DNA from: a virus | Lineage: Duplodnaviria > Caudoviricetes | Length of the DNA stretch: 64,000 nt | Reading direction: 5' to 3' (one strand) | IMG/VR virus record: IMGVR_UViG_3300037851_000620 | Location: 1-64,000 of that record | Shown here: positions 9,498-19,205 of the stretch, piece after piece | How positions within the stretch are numbered: position 1 is the stretch's first letter | How the letters are laid out: each line of letters starts with the position of its first letter | Notes under the pieces: model-generated | The model's database searches: none | What the model was told of the DNA's origin: nothing | The model's input: only the letters and a program-made list of their open reading frames with translations | Translations under genes and position numbers: made by a program

Positions 9498-10021
9498 GCA
9501 TAATTGACGATATCCAAGGATCGAAAATATCGTTTGTTAGAAAAGGTGTGCAAAAGAGTGTAGACATCTCAGAATTGTTTGACATTGACGAGAACAATCT
9601 TACAGCTGAATTTGCACACCAAGCATCGTTGTATGCCTTCTTTGCCACTATTCAAGCAGATGCTGAGAGGGAATTAGCACATACTGCCTTGGAAAAAGAG
9701 CAAGAATATGCATCTGCTGATGAATATCATCGTAGATCTTTGGAAAAGAAAGAACAAAAATACACAGAGGCAGTAATCAGGTCTCTTGTAATGCGTGACG
9801 AAGATTACGAAAAAGCATATAATGCATATGCGTTGGCACAACAAGAGGTTGATATATTGAAAGCAATCGTGCGTGCACTTCAAATGCGTGCTGAAATGCT
9901 TATCTCGCTTGGTGCTCAATTGCGACAGGAATATAGCATGACAGGTATGAACGTTCGTGATAATGCATACAAAGCTGCAATTGATGATGCCAAGAAAGCG
10001 TTAAAATCAAAGCGAGAGTAA
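9494..10021 (+). CDS. UvsY-like recombination mediator (helical)
   Basis: IDENNL..EF..QAS.YAFF... coiled coil ending LISLGAQLRQE; located next to ssb and recA. Confidence 0.55.
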   Translation: MSIIDDIQGSKISFVRKGVQKSVDISELFDIDENNLTAEFAHQASLYAFFATIQADAERELAHTALEKEQEYASADEYHRRSLEKKEQKYTEAVIRSLVMRDEDYEKAYNAYALAQQEVDILKAIVRALQMRAEMLISLGAQLRQEYSMTGMNVRDNAYKAAIDDAKKALKSKRE

Positions 10022-10022
10022 A

Positions 10023-10037
10023 CAAGTTTAGTATATT
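10023..10037 (+). promoter_or_regulatory. CAAGTTTAGTATATT motif, copy 2 (upstream of ssb)
   Basis: Intergenic exact copy. Confidence 0.65.
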
Positions 10038-10145
10038 AGAGGAGTGAGGTCGGGTGCCAGTCGGCAAGTTTCCTGCGACTTTCGCCGCTGGTCGCTTCAC
10101 TCCTCTAAAAATTACTATCTTACTCTATTTGCAGGAAAGGGAAAA

Positions 10146-11075
10146 ATGGCTACGACGAAAAAGGCTTCTTCAAATGTTGACCGTCTTGCTGCCATCCGTG
10201 AGAAATTACGGAAAACAGACATGGGCAGCGGTCGGGGAGGCTTCTGGTCTCCGAAAGTTGGTAAGAACACGATCCGCATTTTGCCAGAAGTTGGAGATAT
10301 GGAATTCTTTTACCAAACTGTTGGCAAACACAACTTTCCTCCTGATGGAAAGCGGAGTGTATATTGTCCTCAATTTACTTCACAAGGCGAGCTTGACTGC
10401 CCTGTTTGTGAAGTAATCGATGAATTGAAGAAAGCTGGAGACAAGGCATCGAAAGAGCTTGCAGGGATGCTTGGTCTGCGTAAATCATATTGGATGAATG
10501 TCGTCGATCGCGCAAACGAGGATGCAGGTCCTCAGATCTACACTCCTGGTGTTATCGTGATGGGGTCTATCTCGAGCTTGATCCTTGATCCGGATTACGG
10601 GGATATCACCGATTTGGCAAAGGGAGTTGACATTACCATTGAGCGTGAAGGGACTGGTCGTGAAACAAAATACGAGGTACGACCAAAGCCACGCACATCT
10701 CCTTTACATGCTGATCAAGATGTTATCGAAGAATGGCTTGAAAAAGCCAAAGATTTGACAGTCGTCGAAGTATCGGACGATCCTGAAGAAGATCGAGAAT
10801 TGTCGAGCGGTCATGTGTTATGGCTGATGCCGTATGACCGCATCATCTCAGAATTTGATCTTGATGCGGACGACATCGTTGACAGTTTACAGGCTGCGGA
10901 TGAAGACACTGTAGAAGAGGAAGAAACTCCAAAGAAATCCTCAAAACAGTCTGTAAAGCAACCTTCAAAAAAGACGGTTGTTGAAGACGAAGACGAAGAC
11001 GAAGACGAAGACGAGAAAGAAAATGCTGGTGCTCGTGAGACTCGTCGTCGTGTAGTCGCTCGTCGTCATCGCTAG
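10146..11075 (+). CDS. ssb: gp32-like single-stranded DNA-binding protein
   Basis: FW.PK.GKNTIRILP, CP....G..CPVCE, YWMNVVDR, DYGDITD..KG.DITIER.GTG..TKY.V, acidic C-terminus; start at ATG 10146 after SD. Confidence 0.8.
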   Translation: MATTKKASSNVDRLAAIREKLRKTDMGSGRGGFWSPKVGKNTIRILPEVGDMEFFYQTVGKHNFPPDGKRSVYCPQFTSQGELDCPVCEVIDELKKAGDKASKELAGMLGLRKSYWMNVVDRANEDAGPQIYTPGVIVMGSISSLILDPDYGDITDLAKGVDITIEREGTGRETKYEVRPKPRTSPLHADQDVIEEWLEKAKDLTVVEVSDDPEEDRELSSGHVLWLMPYDRIISEFDLDADDIVDSLQAADEDTVEEEETPKKSSKQSVKQPSKKTVVEDEDEDEDEDEKENAGARETRRRVVARRHR

Positions 11076-11217
11076 ATGGGTTATGCCGCTGGATGGCCAA
11101 ACATGGTAGCTTGCCTGGTGCTCCGCTCAACTGTGGGAGGGGATCGCTTGGTAGGAAGTAATGACCGGAAGAAGGCTCTAGAAAACTTGTATATGGATTC
11201 CAGCGGATAATCGATGA

Positions 11218-11257
11218 GGAAGGAGCGTAGGGTAGAGACCACTGCGCTCCTTCCTTT
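11218..11257 (+). terminator. Rho-independent terminator after ssb
   Basis: ggaaggagcgtag ... ctgcgctccttcc 13-bp stem (one G-U pair) followed by ttt. Confidence 0.7.
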
Positions 11258-11276
11258 GAAAATTTATAGATTTACA

Positions 11277-12524
11277 ATGATAAGACTTCTTCATTTTAGC
11301 GATTTTCATATGGGTGCGGATACTCGTGGGGCATTAGACAAAGAAACACATTTGCCTGGACGAGTGATGGATTTTCTTGATTCACTAGATGCCATGATAG
11401 ATTATGCAGTTTGTGAAGATGTTGACGCTGTCATATTTACAGGGGATGCATTTCATCATCATTCGCCTAATCCTACATATTTTCAAGAATTTGGTGAGCG
11501 TATAATCAGGCTATCAGAACAATGCCCTGTTGTTATAGTGGTTGGAAATCATGACATGCCTGGCAGTTTGGATAAGGCATCGGCAGTTGATGTATTTACA
11601 ACACTGAAAGTGCCGAATGTTATAGTTGGTTGGGATTATGATGTTCATAAAATAGATACAAAACACGGAAGATTACAGATAGCAACATTTCCATATCCAA
11701 TCAAACAACAATTTTTAGACACAAAAGAAATCAAATTTCCAAATTCTGCTGAATTGTTTCAAGAACGTGTGTGTTATATGATACACGAATTGGAAAGCAT
11801 GTTATCGGAAGATGAGCCAGCTGTGTTTGCTGGTCATTTTTCTGTTAGTGAAGCAATGTTTGGTTCAGAACAATCTATGACAATCGGCACATCTGCTGAT
11901 ATTCCTATCAAGGAGCTGATTAGCGATAAATGGAGTTACGTTGCTCTTGGTCATCTTCATCATCATCAAAGTCTGAGTGCTGCAGGAGAAGTTCCGGTTG
12001 TGTATGCTGGAAGCCTTGACCGTGTTGATTTTTCTGAGGAGAACGACGATAAGGGATTTATCGATGTTTCTATTTATGATGAAGACGGTATATATCCTGC
12101 AGAATGGGAATTTGTTTCTGTCGATCCTCGTCCTTTCAAGACAATACGTGTAGAGGCAACTACATCTCAAAATATTACAAAGAAAGTTCTTGTTATTATT
12201 TCCAAACGAGATTTGAAGGATCATGTTGTTAGAGTTATCGTATCTGCTACAGAAGATAATGCCGACACTTATGTTGCAAATGTTATAGAAGAAGCACTGA
12301 AATCGGCAGGAGTGTACCTTGTACACGGGATGCGTTTAGATATAAAAAGAGAGCAGCGTAATCGTTTAGAATTAGAAGAAGGTGAAGACATAGCAACATA
12401 TTCGCATTTAGAGTTACTTGACATATATTTCCAAACACGCGATTTAGAAGATGATAAGATAAATAAGTTGTTAGATCTTGCAAAAAGTGTTATGGAGGAC
12501 GTGAATGACAGCAAAAAGTTTTAG
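11277..12524 (+). CDS. sbcD: SbcD/Mre11-type metallophosphoesterase nuclease
   Basis: HFSDFH, GDAFH, VGNHD, GH, ALGHLH, YAGSL.R.DFSE motifs. Confidence 0.9.
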   Translation: MIRLLHFSDFHMGADTRGALDKETHLPGRVMDFLDSLDAMIDYAVCEDVDAVIFTGDAFHHHSPNPTYFQEFGERIIRLSEQCPVVIVVGNHDMPGSLDKASAVDVFTTLKVPNVIVGWDYDVHKIDTKHGRLQIATFPYPIKQQFLDTKEIKFPNSAELFQERVCYMIHELESMLSEDEPAVFAGHFSVSEAMFGSEQSMTIGTSADIPIKELISDKWSYVALGHLHHHQSLSAAGEVPVVYAGSLDRVDFSEENDDKGFIDVSIYDEDGIYPAEWEFVSVDPRPFKTIRVEATTSQNITKKVLVIISKRDLKDHVVRVIVSATEDNADTYVANVIEEALKSAGVYLVHGMRLDIKREQRNRLELEEGEDIATYSHLELLDIYFQTRDLEDDKINKLLDLAKSVMEDVNDSKKF

Positions 12525-13560
12525 CATTGCCAGAAATATGGTTGCAGCAATGCGTAAGAAAGAGATGGAAGTATCTTTATTGAGTGACGATACTTCTCCG
12601 TGTACTGTGTCGTCGTTTGTATCCACTGGTTGTGTTGCGCTTGACGTTATAATGGGTGGTGGATTACCAGTCGGTAGAATGACTGAAATGTTTGGCGATC
12701 CTTCATCTGGAAAATCTCTTATTGCGGCTCAAATGGCTGCTGTTACACAAGAAGATGGTGGAATTGTTGCGTATGCGGATACCGAAACTGCTGTTAGCAA
12801 AGCAATGATGCATAAGGTTGGCGTCAATGTTGATGAACTGATCTATGCCAGTCCAGACACGGTTGATGAAGTATTCAAGTTCTTTGATTATGCTTTGGAA
12901 TTGAAGATGAAAATGGCTCCTGAAGCATTTTTGTTGATGATCTGGGACAGTGTGGCTGCAACTTCATCATCTGCAGAAATGGATAAGGATTATGGCGATG
13001 TTGGATATCTTACACATGCTCGTGTAATATCACAAGCATTGCGTAAAATTACACGTAAGATTTCCAAAGAAAAGACTGGGATGTTGTTCCTCAATCAAAC
13101 ACGCGATAAATTAGGTGTAATGTTTGGCGAAAAGACAGCGACGTTTGGAGGCAAAGCAATTTCATTTCATGCATCTGTTCGTGTGCAATTGTCTCTTGCT
13201 AATAAATTAAAGGTTATAGATGGAAAACGAAAACGTATTGTTGGAATGAATACTCGTGCTGTTGTCGTAAAGAATAAAGTTGCCGCTCCATTCAAGGAAA
13301 CAATATTGCCAATATATTTTGGCGATGGTATTGACGATCCATTGGCATCATATCTTTGGCTGAAAGATAATGGCTTCATAACGACGAGCGGCAGTTCTCA
13401 AACATTAGAGTTGCCTGAGTATGAACCAATAAAGTTTTCCAAAAATGCTTGGAATGGTATTTACGATAGCAGTTTCGATGCTATTGCGGAAACTATGATG
13501 GCAACAATTGAAGACGATTTTGCATCTAATGAGGTAGAGGAAGATGCTCCTGATAATTGA
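12505..13560 (+). CDS. recA: RecA/UvsX recombinase
   Basis: GGLPVGR..EMFGDPSSGKS (Walker A), DSVAA, NQ.R...GVMFG....TFGGKA..FHASVR, KNKVAAPFK. Confidence 0.95.
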   Translation: MTAKSFSIARNMVAAMRKKEMEVSLLSDDTSPCTVSSFVSTGCVALDVIMGGGLPVGRMTEMFGDPSSGKSLIAAQMAAVTQEDGGIVAYADTETAVSKAMMHKVGVNVDELIYASPDTVDEVFKFFDYALELKMKMAPEAFLLMIWDSVAATSSSAEMDKDYGDVGYLTHARVISQALRKITRKISKEKTGMLFLNQTRDKLGVMFGEKTATFGGKAISFHASVRVQLSLANKLKVIDGKRKRIVGMNTRAVVVKNKVAAPFKETILPIYFGDGIDDPLASYLWLKDNGFITTSGSSQTLELPEYEPIKFSKNAWNGIYDSSFDAIAETMMATIEDDFASNEVEEDAPDN

Positions 13561-14506
13561 TGGAAATAATCTTGCACATCGTTGTAAGCATACGTTTTCA
13601 TTGTCTAATCATGGTGTTGATGTATCTGTGACTTACGGATTTTTACGTGTGCTTGGAACAATGCTTCAAAAATTTTCACCATCTTCTGTTATTGTGTGCT
13701 GGGATGGAGGAGTTCCAGAATACAGGAAAAGAGCAGTTCCTGAATACAAAGCAAATCGTCATATTGGCGATGATCCAGACGAGTATGTCGATTTTATGAG
13801 GCAAATGAAAGAGTTGGAAAACATAGCGTTGCCTCTGATGGGTGTTGTGTCTGTTTGGAAATATGGTGCAGAGGCAGACGACTTGATGTATCATGCATCG
13901 CGTATTGTAAAAGACAAATCAATTATTGTCACAACAGATAAAGATTTGTTACAAGCAGTTACATCAAATGTTTCTGTGTACAATCCTGTAAGAGACGTGA
14001 TTTATACACCTGATTTGATAGAAGAAACATTTGGTGTGCCTGTTGATAAGTTTGTCGATTGGCGTGCTTTACAAGGAGATTCAAGCGACAACATTCCAGG
14101 TGTGTATGGTGTTGGCGAAAAGACTGCTACTAAACTTTTCCAAGAATATGGGAATCTGACATGTATTATGAATGTGGCACTTGGTCTTCATTCTAAACTC
14201 GTGATGAAAGGCAAGATAGCAGCCAATATAGCTGAATTTGGATTTCAAAGATTAGAAGGAAATCTTCTGATAACAAATTTGCGTGCTGATAGAGTAGGAG
14301 CACGCAATGCTATCATTGAAGCAGTTGGTAATCGTGCACCTGTAAATACTACAGGGTTGAAGAAGTATTTACACAGTAATGGATTTATATCTTTGGTAGA
14401 CGGCAAGTTGTTCAGTAATCTTTTGAAATTGAAAACTCCAATGATGCGAACAAATTTGCTTATGCCTGTGATTATTTCCAAACAGAGGATTCCATATGAA
14501 GATTGA
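13544..14506 (+). CDS. 5'-3' exonuclease / flap endonuclease
   Basis: IIDGNNL, YKANR, EADD, DKDLLQ, GDSSDNIPGVYGVGEKTA. Confidence 0.9.
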   Translation: MLLIIDGNNLAHRCKHTFSLSNHGVDVSVTYGFLRVLGTMLQKFSPSSVIVCWDGGVPEYRKRAVPEYKANRHIGDDPDEYVDFMRQMKELENIALPLMGVVSVWKYGAEADDLMYHASRIVKDKSIIVTTDKDLLQAVTSNVSVYNPVRDVIYTPDLIEETFGVPVDKFVDWRALQGDSSDNIPGVYGVGEKTATKLFQEYGNLTCIMNVALGLHSKLVMKGKIAANIAEFGFQRLEGNLLITNLRADRVGARNAIIEAVGNRAPVNTTGLKKYLHSNGFISLVDGKLFSNLLKLKTPMMRTNLLMPVIISKQRIPYED

Positions 14507-14993
14507 CGTGTATATTGGGATAGATCCTGGTAAATCTGGTGGAATTGCAGTTGTTCATGTGCACGATTGTGAAACGTATATCGAAGCGATAGCAACACCA
14601 TTAGCAGGTAAGACTTTGGATATCGCAAGAATATACGAATTTCTGTATAATCATACTGAGGAATTGAACGCAATCGCTGTTGTTGAGAAAGTGCACGCAA
14701 TGCCAGGGCAGGGTGTGTCTTCAATGTTTTCGTTTGGATATACAGTTGGTGTAATTCATGGTGTTATAACATCTTTGGGAGTGCCATTATATCTTATTGC
14801 TCCTCAAACATGGAAGAAAAGTATCCTTGCCGATACAAAGAAAGATAAGGACGCTGCAATTGAATTTTGTCGCAGAGTTTATCCAAGCGTAGAATTATTG
14901 GCAACTCCAAGATCTAAGAAACCACATTCCGGCATCGCAGATGCATTATGTTTGGCACACTACGGATATGAAAGGTTCAAAGATGTGGAATGA
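14496..14993 (+). CDS. RuvC-like Holliday junction resolvase
   Basis: IGIDPGKSGG, VEKVHAMPGQGVSSMFSFG, PQ.WKK, ADALCLA. Confidence 0.85.
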   Translation: MKIDVYIGIDPGKSGGIAVVHVHDCETYIEAIATPLAGKTLDIARIYEFLYNHTEELNAIAVVEKVHAMPGQGVSSMFSFGYTVGVIHGVITSLGVPLYLIAPQTWKKSILADTKKDKDAAIEFCRRVYPSVELLATPRSKKPHSGIADALCLAHYGYERFKDVE

Positions 14994-15685
14994 TATTCGA
15001 CAATGAATATGTTACAGACCTTGTTGTTCAATGGAACAAGTCACGAGATCAGAAGATCCTTGATCTTGTCATTGAACACTCGATGAGCTTGGTTGAAGTC
15101 ATTGTTAGCATTTACGATCCTATATATCGTGAAGATTTGATACAAGAGGCGTGTTTGCGTGTGCAATATGCGCTTCCATTCTTTGATCAAAGTATTTCCA
15201 ATCTTTATAATTATCTAACAACTGTCATAAGAAATATTTGTATAACATATCTTAGACAGCAATACAGGTATTCTGAAGAATATGACATAGATCTTCATGT
15301 AATCGAGGCTCCTTCAAATCAGGAGCCTGATGACATATTGTCTGAATTGATAGAGCGCAATAGGAAAAGATTTCCATCCTTTCCATCCGATACAATAGAT
15401 CTTGCTTCTGAGTATATTTTTGAAGCATTGCTCAATAATAGTGGTAAGAGACAACTCATAGATGATTTATGTAAGATAGTTGGTTGTGAAAAGGCTGAAG
15501 CAAATTCTTTATATATTTCCACTATTATCTTTTTGCGTTATCACTATCGCAATTTCTTTGATAGAAGGACATCAGAATACGACGAAGAATATTCTATAAA
15601 GCCAGATATTGCAGAAATATTTGGCGTGCATGTTGCGGAAACATTATGCACGATCTTGGCTGGTATGCAAATAAAGTTTCCATAG
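14990..15685 (+). CDS. Sigma-70-like transcription factor (region 2-like)
   Basis: EDLIQEACLRV...YNYLTTVIRN..ITYLR resembles sigma region 2. Confidence 0.6.
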   Translation: MIFDNEYVTDLVVQWNKSRDQKILDLVIEHSMSLVEVIVSIYDPIYREDLIQEACLRVQYALPFFDQSISNLYNYLTTVIRNICITYLRQQYRYSEEYDIDLHVIEAPSNQEPDDILSELIERNRKRFPSFPSDTIDLASEYIFEALLNNSGKRQLIDDLCKIVGCEKAEANSLYISTIIFLRYHYRNFFDRRTSEYDEEYSIKPDIAEIFGVHVAETLCTILAGMQIKFP

Positions 15686-15695
15686 CGTATATATT

Positions 15696-16004
15696 ATGGA
15701 GGCTGTTATGGATATTGCTATGATTTTAGCATTGACAAACTTGATACTTGCACTGATTTTAGCTGTGTCGCAATTTAAGGTATCTCGTTTGTTGAAGAAA
15801 GGCTCGTGTTTTCGTTGGATAAAAATTGTTAGTGGGGTTGTTGGTATATACTGGGCTGCTGTTTATGTGTATGTGCTGTTTACCGATCCTGCGACCGCTC
15901 CAATCGATTCTGTATTATTTGGTAAAATATTTATTCGCCCTGCAATTACTGTCACGCTTGCTGTGATGAGTGCGGGAGCACTTCTTAGGTCGAAATGCGA
16001 CTGA
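15696..16004 (+). CDS. Membrane protein with 3 TM helices (holin candidate)
   Basis: Three hydrophobic segments; about 2 kb upstream of the lysin. Confidence 0.5.
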   Translation: MEAVMDIAMILALTNLILALILAVSQFKVSRLLKKGSCFRWIKIVSGVVGIYWAAVYVYVLFTDPATAPIDSVLFGKIFIRPAITVTLAVMSAGALLRSKCD

Positions 16005-16012
16005 GGGGGATT

Positions 16013-16378
16013 ATGCCTGACTTCACAGTAGATTTGGCTGGAATTGCTGCGCTTGTTATTGCTGCACTGTCATTGTATAAATCTTTCAAGATGACTCCTC
16101 ACGAAGAAGTTGTTTCTGATGCAGATGCTGTTACAAAGTTTGCTACTGCAGCCGGAATGTCGGCTGATCAAGTTATTGTAGCATTGAAACAGGTGGAAGA
16201 TACAAACAAAACAATGGGAATCATGCGAACAGAACTAGATTCATTGCGGAATGAGGTCAAAAAGCGAGACGAACTCCTCGATGAGTGGCAGATGGGAATA
16301 GAATCTTTAATACGGCAGCTTAAAGAGCACAACATTGAGCCTGTTTGGAAGCCAAAACCTATTTCCAGACAAGTTTAG
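16013..16378 (+). CDS. TM + coiled-coil protein (holin/spanin-like candidate)
   Basis: SD GAGGGGG, N-terminal TM helix, C-terminal heptad pattern. Confidence 0.55.
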   Translation: MPDFTVDLAGIAALVIAALSLYKSFKMTPHEEVVSDADAVTKFATAAGMSADQVIVALKQVEDTNKTMGIMRTELDSLRNEVKKRDELLDEWQMGIESLIRQLKEHNIEPVWKPKPISRQV

Positions 16379-16380
16379 TT
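16370..16380 (+). promoter_or_regulatory. CAAGTTTAGT motif, copy 3 (upstream of the TerS candidate)
   Basis: At a gene end, exact 10-mer. Confidence 0.6.
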
Positions 16381-16430
16381 TAATGAGAAAATTGTAAAGA
16401 ATAAAAAGAAGAAATTGTGATAGAGGTATT

Positions 16431-17108
16431 ATGTCAGTTGAAGAGAAACAAGCAAAGATAGTTGAAATACGACGAGGTACAATTGGAGGAGATACGTATC
16501 TCGTACGATTGCCAAACAACGGTAAAGAACCAAAGGCTATATGTTATCGTAAGATGAAAAATCAGCCAACCATGCGTTGTACTCATGAGGCAGGTTACAG
16601 AACAAGCCATCTTGGAACAGGTGCCTGCAGATTTCATGGTGGGGCAGACAAGACTCCGACAATTTCAACTGGTATCAATGCCAAACAAACTCGTTTGCGT
16701 TTGCGGGATTCAATAGAAAATTATCTGAATTTGTCGCGTGACGATTTGCTTGATTTGACTGAGCATCTTGCCGCGACACGTGCTATCTTTGATGAGTTCC
16801 TGGAGAAATTTCCAAATCCTGATGACGAAAATTATGGGTTATGGTTTGGTCGCTTCAATGCGCTGATCATGACTCTTGGAAATCTCGTTGATAAGATATC
16901 CAGGATAGATTCTCGAAACACTCTTACAGCGGCACAAGTGCTGTATTTGCGTGCTACAATGGTTGATATCCTTATGAAATATATTCCCGATCCTGATGTA
17001 CGCGAGCGTGTTGTGAAAGAAATTGCCGTGCGTATGGGAGGAGATATGGAATTGACTATGCGACCGTCTGAAGTATCGATGAAAAGCATTGTGGAAATTG
17101 AGCAATGA
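16431..17108 (+). CDS. Putative terminase small subunit (HGG Zn-motif type)
   Basis: C...C...AG..T.H.G.G.CRFHGG motif and helical C-terminus. Confidence 0.6.
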   Translation: MSVEEKQAKIVEIRRGTIGGDTYLVRLPNNGKEPKAICYRKMKNQPTMRCTHEAGYRTSHLGTGACRFHGGADKTPTISTGINAKQTRLRLRDSIENYLNLSRDDLLDLTEHLAATRAIFDEFLEKFPNPDDENYGLWFGRFNALIMTLGNLVDKISRIDSRNTLTAAQVLYLRATMVDILMKYIPDPDVRERVVKEIAVRMGGDMELTMRPSEVSMKSIVEIEQ

Positions 17109-17989
17109 AACTAATAATCGTAAGAAAAGGTGGTTCTGGTTCAGGACATTTTGACCATGCAGGAAGACCTGGTGAACAAGGAGGGAGTTTACCTGGTACT
17201 GGTGGTGGGGATTCTGTAAAGGCTCTATACAAGCCTGGTCAGAAAGTGAATACAGAAAACATGATTCTTGATGTAATAAGAAACATTAAGAATTATCCAG
17301 ATATGTATAACCTATTAATCGGTTTGGAAGCAGACGGTGGATTACCAGCAGGGGAAAATTTAGAGTTTATTGTGAAAGGTATGGTTGGTGCTGATGCCGT
17401 TCTCGAAGAAATGGATCCAGAATCTGCAATTGGTGAGCATGAAATACGAAATAAGAAAATTTACGATGCTATACGCAAAGAAATAGATATATTGGCAGAA
17501 GAAGGAAGACATGCAGTTGATGAAGATGGTTGGGATGATCCTAATAATGATGGAAAGTCAAGAGAAAGAAAAGCGTGGGAACGTAAATATTACGGCAAAG
17601 AGGTTGGTGGGCATAAGGCTGCTGAGCATGACGGTGTTAAGAGGATTACATCTTATGTAAATGCGCTCATCGATGGTGCAGAAGCTGTTCCTCCAAAAAA
17701 GATGAGCAATAACGATATGTCATCAGATGAGAATTCACTCAAGCAATCGCGTGATAGACTATTTAATCATTTCCAAATTGGAAGTTCTGTAAAATATGAA
17801 GGTCGCGAAGGTTGGAATGTTGTGGCTCATCTTCCATTTTATGCAGGAGACAAGCCAGCTGTAATTTTGCACGACAATGACAGTGGTGTTCGTCTCGTTG
17901 TATCTTCGAATGGTATTCAAAAAAGAATTCCAAAAGATGAGTCATTTGAATATTGGGATGTTGATAAGAAAAGGATGGTAAGACTATGA
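17105..17989 (+). CDS. KGG-tag protein 1, cargo unknown
   Basis: N-terminus MKLIIVRK-GGSGSGHFDHAGRPGEQGGS. Confidence 0.8.
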   Translation: MKLIIVRKGGSGSGHFDHAGRPGEQGGSLPGTGGGDSVKALYKPGQKVNTENMILDVIRNIKNYPDMYNLLIGLEADGGLPAGENLEFIVKGMVGADAVLEEMDPESAIGEHEIRNKKIYDAIRKEIDILAEEGRHAVDEDGWDDPNNDGKSRERKAWERKYYGKEVGGHKAAEHDGVKRITSYVNALIDGAEAVPPKKMSNNDMSSDENSLKQSRDRLFNHFQIGSSVKYEGREGWNVVAHLPFYAGDKPAVILHDNDSGVRLVVSSNGIQKRIPKDESFEYWDVDKKRMVRL

Positions 17990-19164
17990 CTGAACCAATC
18001 CGAAATCCTGCTGCATTTACCTATCCCGAGCCATCGTTTATTTCAAAGCTGTTTGCAAAGGTCGGGATTCAGGCTGCTGAAGCAGTCTATAAACAGCTTA
18101 TCGACGAGTCTCATTGGCAATATGAAAACGGAAAAGAAGTTGATCATGCTGCGGCAAGAGAGGGTGGATTTCCTGGCACTATTATTCGTGCTACGATAGG
18201 TATGGAAGTAGACACAGCTTGGAAGGCTGGCAACTGGAAGCGTGCGCTTGACGATGGAATGATGGTTCAGACCTATCACTTTCATATTGGAAATATGTCA
18301 GGTTCTAATCAGGCAGACTTTCACCTGAACGCAACCAAAGAGTTTGCTGACGAGGTTGAAAAGTATGGAGCCATCGTGGTTTCTTACGGAGATTATGAAG
18401 CCGATGGCACAACCACACCAGTGACTACTCGCAAGCAAAATATGCTTGCTTTTCAGACTTATCTTCATAATAACAATCGCGAAAACGGTATTTATTCATC
18501 TGTAAAGTATTATCTCGAGCTTCTTGGAAATATTGCTCCTCCTCCCTGGTGTTGGTTATGGGGTGCTCATTGGACAGCTGGCACGCCTGTATTTCCAAGC
18601 GTGTGGAATAAAGCTAAAATCGTTGCTTGGCAGTACGCTGTTTGGGATAATTTCTCGTTTGCGAAGCCTGTGCCTGGGAATGTTCCTGACATTGACGTCA
18701 ATAAGTGGATCTATGCGCTGACAATGAAGGACTTCCTCAACTGGGGCACGACTTCTCCTCCTCCTGTTGATTGCTGTGACAAATTGGATGCAAAGATAAA
18801 TGATTTGGCTTCAAGTGTTGGAAATCAGTTTGCAGAGATAAATCGAGTACTTTCAGAATTGAAAAGTGCTATCGGTTTGCATGTGCCTGTTACGACTGTG
18901 AATGTTTCGAAAGATTCGGTACTGCGTTGGGACAGGACATATAATGGTGTTTATAAGCCAAAATATGATTTTTATCCAACAGGGAGTGTGGATGATGTTG
19001 GAAAACGCATTCATGTGATTGGAAAATTGATGATATTTCCAATACCATTGATTGGCGATGGTGGTCAGGTTTGCTATATGGTTGTAGAGCCAAAATATTA
19101 CATTGGAATTCCGGCTGGAATAACATTGTTTATTCGAAAAGAAGATATAGTTTTCCCAACCTAA
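17986..19164 (+). CDS. Endolysin, GH25-like muramidase with C-terminal extension
   Basis: IDESHWQ, YHF, DYE, LWGAHW, VAWQY, DIDVN motifs. Confidence 0.8.
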   Translation: MTEPIRNPAAFTYPEPSFISKLFAKVGIQAAEAVYKQLIDESHWQYENGKEVDHAAAREGGFPGTIIRATIGMEVDTAWKAGNWKRALDDGMMVQTYHFHIGNMSGSNQADFHLNATKEFADEVEKYGAIVVSYGDYEADGTTTPVTTRKQNMLAFQTYLHNNNRENGIYSSVKYYLELLGNIAPPPWCWLWGAHWTAGTPVFPSVWNKAKIVAWQYAVWDNFSFAKPVPGNVPDIDVNKWIYALTMKDFLNWGTTSPPPVDCCDKLDAKINDLASSVGNQFAEINRVLSELKSAIGLHVPVTTVNVSKDSVLRWDRTYNGVYKPKYDFYPTGSVDDVGKRIHVIGKLMIFPIPLIGDGGQVCYMVVEPKYYIGIPAGITLFIRKEDIVFPT

Positions 19165-19205
19165 TAAAAAGTCCATCTGTGCGCTCCCAGGAGGATCTAC
19201 AACGA

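Noticed and set aside
10983-11012. (GAAGAC)5 microsatellite
   Set aside because: Simply encodes the acidic ED tail of the SSB.
11081-11210. tRNA, tmRNA or SRP RNA
   Set aside because: No cloverleaf, TTC T-loop, CCA end or SRP GGAA loop recognised; kept only as a generic ncRNA candidate.
19071-19205. Upstream extension of ORF 19071 and similar long starts (1144, 10044, 11214, 24414, 35210, 49222)
   Set aside because: They overlap upstream genes or terminators; downstream ATGs have SD sites or stop-start coupling.
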